Positions 1 through 7,968 of a stretch of 58,960 nucleotides of DNA are shown piece by piece (position 1 is the first letter of the stretch; every line of letters begins with the position of its first letter). Both the position numbers and the translations under genes were made by a program. The DNA is from a virus. Where the stretch lies: the IMG/VR virus record IMGVR_UViG_3300029422_000005; one strand, written 5' to 3'. The notes below the pieces were generated by a model that had not been told where the DNA came from, searched no databases, and saw nothing but the letters and a program-made list of their open reading frames with translations.

Positions 1-99
1 GGAGCCGCTCCACGTCATTTGCGCCCCACTGGATATCCTCCAGCAGGTCGAGAGCGTACAACGTGACGGCCTTACTCCATGCGCTGCGATCGTGGCGGG
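1..99. repeat. Terminal overlap: nt 1-99 are identical to nt 58862-58960 (circular-assembly overlap; unit length 58,861 bp)
   Basis: Direct comparison of the first and last lines of the window. Nt 100 (t) follows where the window ends. Confidence 0.95.
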
Positions 100-415
100 T
101 GTTGAGTTCGGCGCGGATGGTATCAGCGAGTGCGGTATAGTCGGGAGCGGTGGGGGCGTTGCTCTGCTCTGCTGCGGCCTGCTCCATCTCGTCGAGGATA
201 GCAAGGGCTTTGCGGTAGTCCTCGCGGCGCTCCTCGCAGCACTTGGGAGCGGTAATATAGCCGTTGAGCTCCGCGCGGAAATCTTGCTCCCAGTTGGTGC
301 AGTCCACACGAGGTGCGCCGTTTTCGTCAAGGTCGAAATCCTCCTCAAGGATGATTGCAGCAAAGAGGTCTTCCGCCCACAGGCGTTCCCAGTACTTTGT
401 GATGTTAATTTTCAT
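1..415 (-). CDS. Hypothetical protein, N-terminal part. The ORF crosses the circular junction and continues in 58533-58861 (744 nt, 247 aa in total)
   Basis: ATG at 415-413 with AGGAGG 7 nt upstream (rc of ...gtcctcctg...). Translation starts MKINITKYWERLWAEDLF. 415+329 nt is divisible by 3 and joins the ORF-track protein ...LYALDLLEDIQWG. Confidence 0.7.
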   Translation of the reverse strand, partial: MKINITKYWERLWAEDLFAAIILEEDFDLDENGAPRVDCTNWEQDFRAELNGYITAPKCCEERREDYRKALAILDEMEQAAAEQSNAPTAPDYTALADTIRAELNTRHDRSAWSKAVTLYALDLLEDIQWGANDVERL

Positions 416-477
416 GGTTTTTGTCCTCCTGTTTTGGTGTATTGTGGTTGTAGTCATTTATTTCTGAGCTTGTCTAT

Positions 478-505
478 ATTATATCATTTATATCTGAGCA
501 GTCAA
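478..505 (-). promoter_or_regulatory. Sigma-A-type promoter for the leftward junction-crossing operon (TTGACT-16-TATAAT on the minus strand)
   Basis: The rc of 471-510 reads agcccTTGACTgctcagatataaatgaTATAATatagaca. Confidence 0.6.
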
Positions 506-873
506 GGGCTTTACACAAAAAATACAGATATAAATGAGTATAAATATAGTGCCCGAAATTGTACACTTTGCCGGACACGGCTCACGCCCTCCAGTGTCGC
601 CGCCGCCGTACCGATCGCCCCCGCGCGGCCTGTCTGGTATCGAGTGCAGACCGGTGCAGCGTGTCCAACGTCCGGGCGTGTGTGTCGTGCCTTGCGTGGT
701 CTGCTCTGCCGCCTGTGATGTGCAGCCGTTCCGGGTGCGCTGGATGAGGCGGGGAGCCACCGGTGGGGTATATAGCCGCCGCCCAGCCCCGCCCGGTCAG
801 TCCCGTCACCACCGAAAAAATAAAAAAGGCTCAAAAAACACCCTACCCCCCATTGTCAATCTCAAAAATCCCG

Positions 874-905
874 CCAAAAAACAAAAAGACCCCTACAAAG
901 GGTCT
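874..905 (-). terminator. Hairpin plus U-run on the minus strand (agaccc/gggtct)
   Basis: A 6-bp stem at 887-892/900-905, preceded on the plus strand by an A-run, which is a T-run on the minus strand. Confidence 0.4.
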
Positions 906-955
906 GTGTTATGTGCTATACTTGCCTTACAAGCCTTGAAAGGGAGGAATCTACA

Positions 956-1582
956 ATGGCTAAAAGTAAAATGACAACGTGCAAGCACTGTGGCGCAGAA
1001 ATTGCCGCAAGCGCAAAGGTCTGCCCTCATTGTGGAGGCAAGAACAAGCCGCCTATCTATAAGCGTTGGTGGTTCATCGCTATCATCGTTCTGGTTGTCC
1101 TGTCTGCTATTGGCGGCTCTGGCAGTAGTTCTGACAGTTCCGCAAGCAGTAGCAAAGCGACATCCAAAACAAGTGCATCCACCGCTTCTTCCGTTGCGTC
1201 TGTGCCAGAAATCAGCGAGGATGACTACAAGGCTGAGTGCCAGACTGTGGACTATAAAGAGCTGTGCCGCTATCCTGAAAAGTATGAAGGCACTAAGATT
1301 GTAGTCAAGGTAAAGGTCTCGCAGATTATTGACGCAAACTTCTCCGGCAGCGAGAAGGCATGGAGAACCTACACGGACAACAGCGGATATGGCTTCTATG
1401 CCGATGACGAGTATTATATGCTGGATAAGCGCGGTGGCGATGCTGTGAAGATTCTGGAAGATGATATTATCACAGTCTATGGTGAGTTCACCGGGCTTGA
1501 GAAAATCACCAGAGCATTGACTAGCACTACCGATGAACTGCCCCGTATTGAAGTCAAGTACGCAGACCTTGTAGAGGAATAA
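956..1582 (+). CDS. Zinc-ribbon, single-pass membrane protein with a Ser-rich linker and an extracytoplasmic domain
   Basis: GGGAGGA RBS before the ATG at 956. CxxC...CxxC (CKHCGAEIAASAKVCPHCGG), a TM segment WWFIAIIVLVVLSAIGG, then an S-rich tract. Confidence 0.75.
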   Translation: MAKSKMTTCKHCGAEIAASAKVCPHCGGKNKPPIYKRWWFIAIIVLVVLSAIGGSGSSSDSSASSSKATSKTSASTASSVASVPEISEDDYKAECQTVDYKELCRYPEKYEGTKIVVKVKVSQIIDANFSGSEKAWRTYTDNSGYGFYADDEYYMLDKRGGDAVKILEDDIITVYGEFTGLEKITRALTSTTDELPRIEVKYADLVEE

Positions 1583-1595
1583 TCGCATAACACAA

Positions 1596-1633
1596 AAAGC
1601 CAGCGGCTAGATACTCTCTAACCACTGGCTTTT
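1596..1633. terminator. Bidirectional hairpin between convergent genes
   Basis: aaaagccagcgg...ccactggctttt. Stem with one mismatch, A-run 5' and T-run 3'. Confidence 0.55.
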
Positions 1634-1645
1634 CTTATAGGCTAT

Positions 1646-1921
1646 TTACGATTTAAGTGTTGGAAACATGATAGGAGCGCTGACTTCTTCCTTTTCCCTG
1701 AGAATGTCGAGCAAACAATCATTGTATCCCATTGAATAGCTGTCCTCGCAAAAATGTTGTACGGACGTTGCTAGTGCTACACTTACAACTTCTCTTGACC
1801 GCTTATCCTCTGGCATGATGATTTCTAATGCCTGATTAAGGACTTCATGGCTTTTTTCTAAAACGGCTTTGTGCTCTTCATTCTCAGCTTGTAGCCGAAA
1901 CATTTCTTCCGAGTAGTCCAT
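1646..1921 (-). CDS. Hypothetical protein (91 aa)
   Basis: ORF track. ATG at 1921 overlaps the upstream stop (TGATG), which suggests translational coupling. Confidence 0.6.
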   Translation of the reverse strand: MDYSEEMFRLQAENEEHKAVLEKSHEVLNQALEIIMPEDKRSREVVSVALATSVQHFCEDSYSMGYNDCLLDILREKEEVSAPIMFPTLKS

Positions 1922-2688
1922 CAGCACGTCTCCATTCTGATTTGCTCGCCAACAGGCAGATAGCCCGCTTCTTTAAGCTTGCTATAAATGAACTTCTGAC
2001 CGGCTCTCGTCCAGCGGGTGACCTCTTTCGTCTTGCCGTTCGGCAGCTCGATCGGATGCCCGACAACGTATCCGTTGCCAAGATACTTCTGGTAAGGAAT
2101 CCACTGTTTGTTCACAGTATGTTGGATGCCAAGCCCTCTAAGAATCTGGTTCAGCTTTCGTGCGCTCATGCCGTAGTTCATGGCAATCTGCGTTGTAGTC
2201 AGGCTTTCATCGGAAAGCAGCATCGCCTTTGCGTAGTCGGAATCAGGCTTCATCTTGGCGTTTTCCGCTTCCAAAGCCTTTACTTTCTTACGCTCCGTGT
2301 CAATAACACTGTTGGCAGCAATCAGAGCACGGCTCAACAGCATCTCTGTGGATTCTGGCTCTGGGTTGGTAAGCTTCTGCTCCATCTGATTGAAAGCATC
2401 AATGTACTTGAGCTTCCATTCAAGGGCTTCCTTGCCGGTAAAGCCAAACGTGAGTAAACTGAACCCATCCCGGTTCATAAGGTACATCGGATACTGTTTA
2501 CCACGATTTTCAAACGTGGTTTCGTAGAACATGGATTTGGTAGCCGAATTTTCGGCTACGAGATTCTTGATAGAATCAAGAACGTGCTTGTGTTCCTTCC
2601 CAAAATGTTCTGCCACTTCGCGGCTGGAAACGACAACTTGTCCGTTTTCGCTGATAAGATTGATAGCATATTTAACCTTTTGTTCCAT
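1921..2688 (-). CDS. Phage antirepressor/regulator, Rha N-terminal domain plus KilAC-type C-terminal domain
   Basis: MEQKVKYAINLISENGQVVVSSREVAEHFGKEHKHVL...YPMYLMNRDGFSLL... (Rha-like), then a C-terminal ...TTTQIA..YGMSARKLNQIL... AGGAG RBS before the ATG at 2688. Paralog at 39221-39979. Confidence 0.8.
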   Translation of the reverse strand: MEQKVKYAINLISENGQVVVSSREVAEHFGKEHKHVLDSIKNLVAENSATKSMFYETTFENRGKQYPMYLMNRDGFSLLTFGFTGKEALEWKLKYIDAFNQMEQKLTNPEPESTEMLLSRALIAANSVIDTERKKVKALEAENAKMKPDSDYAKAMLLSDESLTTTQIAMNYGMSARKLNQILRGLGIQHTVNKQWIPYQKYLGNGYVVGHPIELPNGKTKEVTRWTRAGQKFIYSKLKEAGYLPVGEQIRMETC

Positions 2689-2804
2689 AAAAACTCCTAT
2701 GGTTCTTGCGGAACAAGCCAATTCCTGCTATAATAAGGCTGGAACAGCTTGTTCCAGTGTTGTTTATGATACGTTCGCTGCGGCTGGTAACTTTAGCGAG
2801 CGTA

Positions 2805-2972
2805 TCATTTCTTTTCATTAAGCATCGGATGAAGCAAGAAGAACGATTCTCGCAGCGCAGAAGACAAGGAAACCATGTTCTTGATGCAGTAATCTTGCAA
2901 GTGATTGAACTGGCGTTCCGTCAAGCTGATAGTTAATGTGCGATTGTATCTCTCAGCATAAGGATTGCTCAT
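2805..2972 (-). CDS. Small ribbon-helix-helix (CopG-like) protein, 55 aa
   Basis: Below the ORF-track length cut-off. GGGGGTGG RBS. MSNPYAERYNRTLTISLTERQFNHLQDYCIKNMVSLSSALRESF... has a beta-strand plus two-helix pattern. Confidence 0.55.
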   Translation of the reverse strand: MSNPYAERYNRTLTISLTERQFNHLQDYCIKNMVSLSSALRESFFLLHPMLNEKK

Positions 2973-3102
2973 ATTAGCCCACCCCCTTTCGATTGTTGGT
3001 GATATTAGTATAACTATGTTTTGTGCTAAGTCAAGGTATGAAACACTATCCGTAGTACTGCTATCTGTACTATCTTCCCGTTTTCTACATTTTGCACAAA
3101 AC

Positions 3103-3261
3103 TTAGCTATCCTTTTTGGATGCTCCCGCTTCGTACCCTGCCCGGTAGTTCAGTTCGGACAGCTTGCCCAGCGCTTCTGCGTACTCCCTGTCCTCGCTGG
3201 TCGGCTCTTTGCCGTGTGCGAGGGTTTTTAGAAATTCTTCGGTTGTCGTGGGAAAATTCAT
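3103..3261 (-). CDS. Hypothetical small protein, 52 aa
   Basis: AAAGGAG RBS. MNFPTTTEEFLKTLAHGKEPTSEDREYAEALGKLSELNYRAGYEAGASKKDS. Confidence 0.45.
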   Translation of the reverse strand: MNFPTTTEEFLKTLAHGKEPTSEDREYAEALGKLSELNYRAGYEAGASKKDS

Positions 3262-3280
3262 GTTTTTTTGCTCCTTTCTA

Positions 3281-3309
3281 TTGCAGAAGCGGTCTGCTTC
3301 TGCTATAAT
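3281..3309 (+). promoter_or_regulatory. Promoter-like TTGCAG-17-TATAAT whose spacer is an 8-bp perfect hairpin (gcagaagc/gcttctgc)
   Basis: Read directly from the sequence. Lies in the divergent region upstream of the leftward small genes. Confidence 0.3.
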
Positions 3310-3534
3310 AATTGACAGAAACCGAGACTGCGCCCTTGGTTGCGTAGCTTCTGTTTTGTGGTGGAATAGGTCATCAGTGCAACTTTGGTCGGTGGTGCTG
3401 ATGGCCTATTTTTTTATGCCACAAAGGATAAATCTGCCGTTGTTGGCTGATTCATCGTGTGTTCTGCTGTCTTAGATTATAGACGCTTGGTATATAGTTG
3501 TCAACAGCCCAATTTGTATAATTTGTACGTTAAA

Positions 3535-3661
3535 ACACGTTTTAGTGTAAATTTTTGATAGTGGTTTTGACACTTTAATGTGTTAGAATTGGGACGGGAA
3601 TTTATAGTAAAACTTGATAATACGATAATTATACAACCTGTAAACTAACACAAAAAAGTGT
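3535..3661. promoter_or_regulatory. Candidate res (recombination) site: three ACAC-N6-GTGT inverted repeats
   Basis: Copies at 3535-3548, 3570-3583 and 3648-3661, in an AT-rich gap about 350 bp upstream of the serine resolvase gene. Confidence 0.45.
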
Positions 3662-3708
3662 TGATGGAAAAGTGACCCTATTGATAGTAAACATTTATTT
3701 TTTTACTC

Positions 3709-3737
3709 TTGACAGTCACATATATCTGAGTTATAAT
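3709..3737 (+). promoter_or_regulatory. Consensus promoter TTGACA-17-TATAAT
   Basis: ttgacagtcacatatatctgagttataat, 26 nt upstream of the ATG at 3763. Confidence 0.7.
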
Positions 3738-3762
3738 TGATTCAGAGAAAGGAAGATGCAAA

Positions 3763-3984
3763 ATGAGGGCAGGAGAAATTGTTTCTGAAATCATGAAATC
3801 TCAAAATGTCAAGGTTTCGGATATGTGCTACAAACTAAAAATCAAATCGAATGTTTTTTGCAATCGGCTTGTTCAAAAAAACATGAGTGTGAAAGTTTTA
3901 GACGAAATGCTGAGAATCCTTGATTATAAAATTATGGTGGTTCCTAGAGGAACTAAAGTTGATGGCGGATATGATGTTGAGTAA
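3763..3984 (+). CDS. Small HTH-like protein (73 aa)
   Basis: ORF track. GAAAGGAAG RBS. Helix-rich, with a weak XRE-like pattern. Confidence 0.55.
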   Translation: MRAGEIVSEIMKSQNVKVSDMCYKLKIKSNVFCNRLVQKNMSVKVLDEMLRILDYKIMVVPRGTKVDGGYDVE

Positions 3985-4007
3985 AACGAATTGGGTTGAG
4001 GTATGAT

Positions 4008-4664
4008 ATGCAGTACTTCTTAGCTAGAGTGTCTAGTAAGGAACAAAGCCTTGCAAGACAGCTTAAAATCGCACGAGATCGGTTCGACATCCCAGACGAG
4101 AATGTATTTTGTGATAAAATGACAGGCAGCAGCTTTGATCGCCCGCAATATAAACGATTGAAAGAGACTGTTAAGGCTGGGGATGAAGTCATCGTTAAGG
4201 AATTTGACCGATTCGGGCGTGACAAAGACGAAATGAAGCGAGAACTTCAATGGTTCAAAGAAAAAGGCGTGATTGTTCGCATTCTCGACATTCCGACCAC
4301 GCTTATTGACTTCCAAGACCAGACATGGGTGCTGGAAATGGTAAATAACATCCTTATTGAGGTTTTGGGCGCAGTAGCTGAACAGGAGCGCAAGAAAACC
4401 AAGCAGCGTCAGGCAGAGGGTATAGCTGCCATGCCTATTGTTGATGGCAAGAGAGTGTCAGCGAGAACAGGCCGTAGCTTCGGCAGACAGGAAAAGCAAG
4501 TTGACGAGAAGCAGTTTGAAAGCCTATTAAAACAACAGCAAAAAGGCAAAATTACCGTAAAAGAGTGCTGCAAGCAGCTTGGTATTGGAAAATCTACTTG
4601 GTATGAGCGTGTCGAAAGATATGCAAATAAAAATAGCGGCAGCCCAACCACAAGCCACCGCTAA
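4008..4664 (+). CDS. Small serine recombinase (resolvase/invertase family) with a C-terminal HTH
   Basis: MQYFLARVSSKEQSLARQ... (catalytic Ser motif), ...VKEFDRFGRD..., C-terminal ITVKECCKQLGIGKSTWYERV. Confidence 0.85.
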   Translation: MQYFLARVSSKEQSLARQLKIARDRFDIPDENVFCDKMTGSSFDRPQYKRLKETVKAGDEVIVKEFDRFGRDKDEMKRELQWFKEKGVIVRILDIPTTLIDFQDQTWVLEMVNNILIEVLGAVAEQERKKTKQRQAEGIAAMPIVDGKRVSARTGRSFGRQEKQVDEKQFESLLKQQQKGKITVKECCKQLGIGKSTWYERVERYANKNSGSPTTSHR

Positions 4665-4740
4665 GAGTACACCAAACCAATCAAAACAGGAAAAAGAATG
4701 GTGCAACCACAGTATACCATTCTTTTGGAGGAACATCAAT

Positions 4741-5085
4741 ATGAGTAAGAAACAAAAGATGGATTTAACTGAAAAACTAGAAAATATTCATGGCGGTAAT
4801 TTGATTGTTCAAGATGGAACGACAAAGCTACGTTCAATTTTTGATTTTGTGAAATACGAAGAATTGTTTGCTTTTGTTGAAGGATGCAAATTAGCAAATT
4901 CCATTCTGATTTTTGAAAATGAAGGATTGACCATTAAACCAACTGAATCAAACTTAGGGCAGAATATCCAGTTGGCTATGTATGCCAGCATTTGCGAAGA
5001 TAGCACGATGGTAAAACAATATCTTGATTACATTATGAAAGTTGGTTGTAATGGCAAACGTGAGCCGACATTATATAAAGAATGA
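4741..5085 (+). CDS. Hypothetical protein, paralog A of a tandem pair (114 aa)
   Basis: GGAGG RBS. Aligns by eye with 5157-5453 (GGNLIVQDGTTKLRSIFDF.../GEELIVKNGSITLRSMLDF...; C-terminal REPTLYKE/PKPTLYNQ). Confidence 0.65.
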   Translation: MSKKQKMDLTEKLENIHGGNLIVQDGTTKLRSIFDFVKYEELFAFVEGCKLANSILIFENEGLTIKPTESNLGQNIQLAMYASICEDSTMVKQYLDYIMKVGCNGKREPTLYKE

Positions 5086-5155
5086 CGCTGCCAAGCAGCT
5101 TGGCGTGACCCGCCAGACATGGTATCGGATTGCTGAACAGAGAAAGGCTGGATAA
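5084..5155 (+). pseudogene. Relic of a resolvase C-terminal HTH (23 codons, no start codon)
   Basis: Translates to DAAKQLGVTRQTWYRIAEQRKAG*. Compare the resolvase C-terminus CCKQLGIGKSTWYERVERY. Confidence 0.4.
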
Positions 5156-5156
5156 T

Positions 5157-5453
5157 ATGCAGGGAGAAGAACTGATTGTTAAGAACGGCAGTATCACATT
5201 GCGGTCTATGCTTGACTTTGGCGGTTTCCTTGAAATTAAGAGGTTTTTGGAAGCCTGTCATTCGGAAAACTGCACCGTAACTTTTGCAAACGAGGAAATT
5301 GTCATTTTTCCAAATGATTATGACGCTGCCAAAGATGCTCTCGTTTTTATTTACGGCACATTGGCAGAAAGACACAGTATTATTGAAAAGTATCTTCGTT
5401 ACAAGTTGATGCTTGGGGATGAAGAACCGAAGCCTACTTTATATAACCAGTGA
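5157..5453 (+). CDS. Hypothetical protein, paralog B of the tandem pair (98 aa)
   Basis: In frame within ORF 5130-5453. Similar to 4741-5085. Confidence 0.6.
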   Translation: MQGEELIVKNGSITLRSMLDFGGFLEIKRFLEACHSENCTVTFANEEIVIFPNDYDAAKDALVFIYGTLAERHSIIEKYLRYKLMLGDEEPKPTLYNQ

Positions 5454-5465
5454 AAGGAGTAGCTC

Positions 5466-5783
5466 ATGGACAACTTTAATGCCATCTACAAGATTCTCAA
5501 ACTGCTGGATAAGCACAAGGGCGATGAAGAATTTGACTATGAGCTTATCTCTGCAAAAGCAATGAAGATGAAGGTCTCTGACTGGGAGCAGATTATGATC
5601 GAACTGCAAATGAACGGTTTCATTCGCGGTCTGGTCTACACGCAAGACCTGACGAACAAGTTCCCGCATATTGTAGAGCCGATTCACCCGCAGATTACCT
5701 TGAAAGGCATGGAGTATCTATCCGAAAACAGCATAATGAAGAAGGTAGAAAAAGGATTAGAAACGGTCGGGCAGTTCTTTTAA
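5466..5783 (+). CDS. YjcQ-family protein
   Basis: AAAGGAG RBS. MDNFNAIYKILKLLDKHKGDEEFDYELISAKAM...ITLKGMEYLSENS resembles YjcQ (PF09639) from memory. Confidence 0.55.
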   Translation: MDNFNAIYKILKLLDKHKGDEEFDYELISAKAMKMKVSDWEQIMIELQMNGFIRGLVYTQDLTNKFPHIVEPIHPQITLKGMEYLSENSIMKKVEKGLETVGQFF

Positions 5784-5892
5784 TTGATTTTGAGAAAGAA
5801 ATTTTCTAAAATCGCATTATAAAACCGAATATTTGATTTTTGTGCAGTTGTAGGCACTCTTTACATTTTTAGGTAGGGGGTGCCTATTTTTT

Positions 5893-7560
5893 ATGCAGCC
5901 AAAACAGTGTATCGCCATCATTGACAGCATCAAAGCGTATGCAAAGCAGAATCCGACCGAAGCACAGGTCTATGAGGACTGGTTTCAGGCGGTTGTGAAC
6001 CTGAGAGACGCTCTGCCGCAAGACAAACGGTTCGATGCCTACAAATATTCTGGCGAGCTACGCTCTGTCTGTGCAGCCATGATGGGCAAGATGAAAACAG
6101 GCGAGGACGTGGCAAAGGTCTATGACATTATCGGCCGGACGTACCTGTTTGAAGCAAAGGATGTGTTTGACAGCTATTGCATCTACCTTGAATGGAACCG
6201 TGCGCCGGAGAAGAAGTTCTACCAGCCACGCAGACGTATTCTCCACACGCTTGTTAATGACCTAGAGGATTTGTTTTTCCATCGTGTAGATTTCTTGGGA
6301 ATTTCTATGGCTCCGAGAACAGGAAAATCGACTCTTTGTATATTTTTCATCACATGGCTGATGGGCAACCGTCCTGACGTTGCATCGGTTATGAGCGGAC
6401 ATTCCGACAAGCTGACCAACGGCTTCTATGGTGAAGTGTTGTCCATCATCACTGACCCTGTAACTTACAACTGGGGCAAAATCTTCCCTGACGTTCAGCT
6501 TGTGGACAAAAGTGCAAAGGACGAAAGCGTTGACTTGAACCGAAAGAAGCGCTTCCCCACCCTTACTTGCCGCTCTATTGGTGGCACGCTGACTGGTGCT
6601 GTTGAAATCGGTGAGGGCGGCGTTCTGTACAGCGATGACTTGATCGAGGACTTGGAGGAAAGCCTGAACGTTGAGCGTCTGAACAACAAGTACGATGCCT
6701 ACCTGAACCAGCTGAAAGACCGCAAAAAGCAGGGCGCATTGGAACTGATGGTCGGTACACGTTGGAACGTGCTTGACCCTCTGGGACGTATCCAGAACCA
6801 GTATGCGGAAAATCCAAAGTACCGATTCCGGGTGATTCCTGCGGTGGACGAAAACGGACACAGCAACTTCAATTATGACTACGGTGTGGGTTTTGACGAT
6901 GCCTACTACGCCGATATGAAAGCCAGCATTGATGATGCAACATGGTGGGCAAAGTACATGGGCAAGCCCTATGTGCGTGAAGGACTGCTCTTCCCTGCCG
7001 ATGAACTGCGGTATTTCAATGGCGTTCTGCCTGATGGGGAGCCTGATCGCAAGCTTATGGTCATGGATATTGCATGGGGCGGCGGCGACTTCACAGCTTG
7101 CCCTATCGCTTATGTGTACGGGGATGCTGTGTTTATCCCAGACCTTGTGTTCAACAACGGCGATAAGACCGTGACCAGACCAGAAGTCGTAGGAAAAATC
7201 ATCCAGCATAAAATCAACGTGGTGCGCGGTGAAGCCAACAACGGTGGTGACGAATACTGTGACGTGGTAGACAGCCAGCTCCGGCAGCAGGGCTATCACT
7301 GCTCTGTCCGCAGCCAACGTGCGCCAAGTGGACAAAGCAAACTGTCAAGAATCATCCAGTATGCGCCGGACATCAAACGGTTCTATTTCCTTGACGAAAA
7401 ACACCAGTCGAAAGAGTACAAGGCGTTCATGGAACAGGTCACGATGTTCACGCAGCTTGGCAAAGTTCCGCACGATGATGCCCCAGATAGTCTGGCACAG
7501 CTTGCTGATGAACTTTACAACGGAATCAGCAAAATTGAACCCATAAAAAGGCCATTTTGA
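5893..7560 (+). CDS. terL: Terminase large subunit
   Basis: 555 aa. Walker A-like GISMAPRTGKST, ATPase then nuclease arrangement (ends ...VPHDDAPDSLA), located just upstream of the portal gene. Confidence 0.9.
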   Translation: MQPKQCIAIIDSIKAYAKQNPTEAQVYEDWFQAVVNLRDALPQDKRFDAYKYSGELRSVCAAMMGKMKTGEDVAKVYDIIGRTYLFEAKDVFDSYCIYLEWNRAPEKKFYQPRRRILHTLVNDLEDLFFHRVDFLGISMAPRTGKSTLCIFFITWLMGNRPDVASVMSGHSDKLTNGFYGEVLSIITDPVTYNWGKIFPDVQLVDKSAKDESVDLNRKKRFPTLTCRSIGGTLTGAVEIGEGGVLYSDDLIEDLEESLNVERLNNKYDAYLNQLKDRKKQGALELMVGTRWNVLDPLGRIQNQYAENPKYRFRVIPAVDENGHSNFNYDYGVGFDDAYYADMKASIDDATWWAKYMGKPYVREGLLFPADELRYFNGVLPDGEPDRKLMVMDIAWGGGDFTACPIAYVYGDAVFIPDLVFNNGDKTVTRPEVVGKIIQHKINVVRGEANNGGDEYCDVVDSQLRQQGYHCSVRSQRAPSGQSKLSRIIQYAPDIKRFYFLDEKHQSKEYKAFMEQVTMFTQLGKVPHDDAPDSLAQLADELYNGISKIEPIKRPF

Positions 7561-7588
7561 AAAAAGTGGTAACGTATAATTTAATTTA

Positions 7589-7618
7589 TTGACTTTATAT
7601 CGTTGTTTTTGGTATAAT
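7589..7618 (+). promoter_or_regulatory. Strong promoter TTGACT-18-TGgTATAAT (extended -10)
   Basis: ttgactttatatcgttgtttttggtataat. No convincing ORF follows for about 590 nt. Confidence 0.6.
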
Positions 7619-7626
7619 GTGTGTAA

Positions 7627-7968
7627 GGAGTTGGCTACTCCGGCATGATGCCTGCTACAAGCTTTACGGCTCCGAGCTGAATGCTTTGAAGGCGTTCTCC
7701 TTTCTGCCCAGCAATGGTTTCCACGATCTTTCCCATTGCTGGGATATATAAGTTGCGTCCCGTGTTGGATGGGGTCTGGTTCGCCCTTAAAATCTTGACT
7801 TCCAGAATAAGGCGGTTCAAATCCGTCACGCAGCACAACGATTCACTTCTGTTTTCATGGAAATTTTCCTTTTACAACCTCCAATCGTTATTCCCGGCTC
7901 TCGATGAAATGGGTTTTTGGACATTTTACCATTTCAAAGAGCAACGATGAATCAAGCCGGGTCTTTAT
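7627..7968 (+). ncRNA. Candidate structured non-coding leader/RNA upstream of the tRNA
   Basis: Perfect 11-bp stem at 7707-7717/7733-7743. Nested stems at 7893-7899/7955-7961 (cccggct/agccggg) and gaaatgg/ccatttc. Only tiny ORFs on the plus strand. Confidence 0.35.
7752..7835 (+). other. tRNA-like element (acceptor stem plus T-arm only), not a canonical tRNA
   Basis: GTTGCGT...GGCGG-TTCAAAT-CCGTC-ACGCAGC-A, parallel to the real tRNA's GTTGCAT...ATTGG-TTCAAAT-CCATT-ATGCAGC-A. I could not fold a 5-bp/7-nt anticodon arm. Followed by CAA, not CCA. Confidence 0.3.

Noticed and set aside
1-99. The 99-nt terminal repeat as a biological direct terminal repeat of the virion DNA
   Set aside because: The exact 99-nt length equals a common assembler k-mer, the repeat lies inside a coding sequence, and the ORF is continuous through it. 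Most simply it is a circularisation overlap. Real termini need virion read analysis.
92-974. Cluster of overlapping 60-208-aa ORFs on both strands
   Set aside because: They fall in a GC-rich block of about 70% GC where every frame stays open. The translations are Arg/Pro/Gly/Cys-rich, and there are no RBSs. Treated as non-coding.
4008-4664. Serine recombinase as the phage integrase
   Set aside because: About 218 aa with only a catalytic domain plus an HTH, which is resolvase/invertase size. It lacks the large C-terminal domain of serine integrases. Plasmid Rep/ParA genes are present, and no attP-like tRNA fragment is adjacent.
6262-7335. 357-aa minus-strand ORF antisense to terL
   Set aside because: Lies entirely inside the well-supported terminase gene. 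No RBS, and the composition is odd (His/Val/Cys-rich). A typical shadow ORF.
7752-7835. A second functional tRNA (possibly a type II or suppressor tRNA)
   Set aside because: Only the acceptor stem and T-arm fold. I found no 5-bp anticodon stem with a 7-nt loop and no convincing D-arm, and no CCA follows. Kept only as a tRNA-like element.
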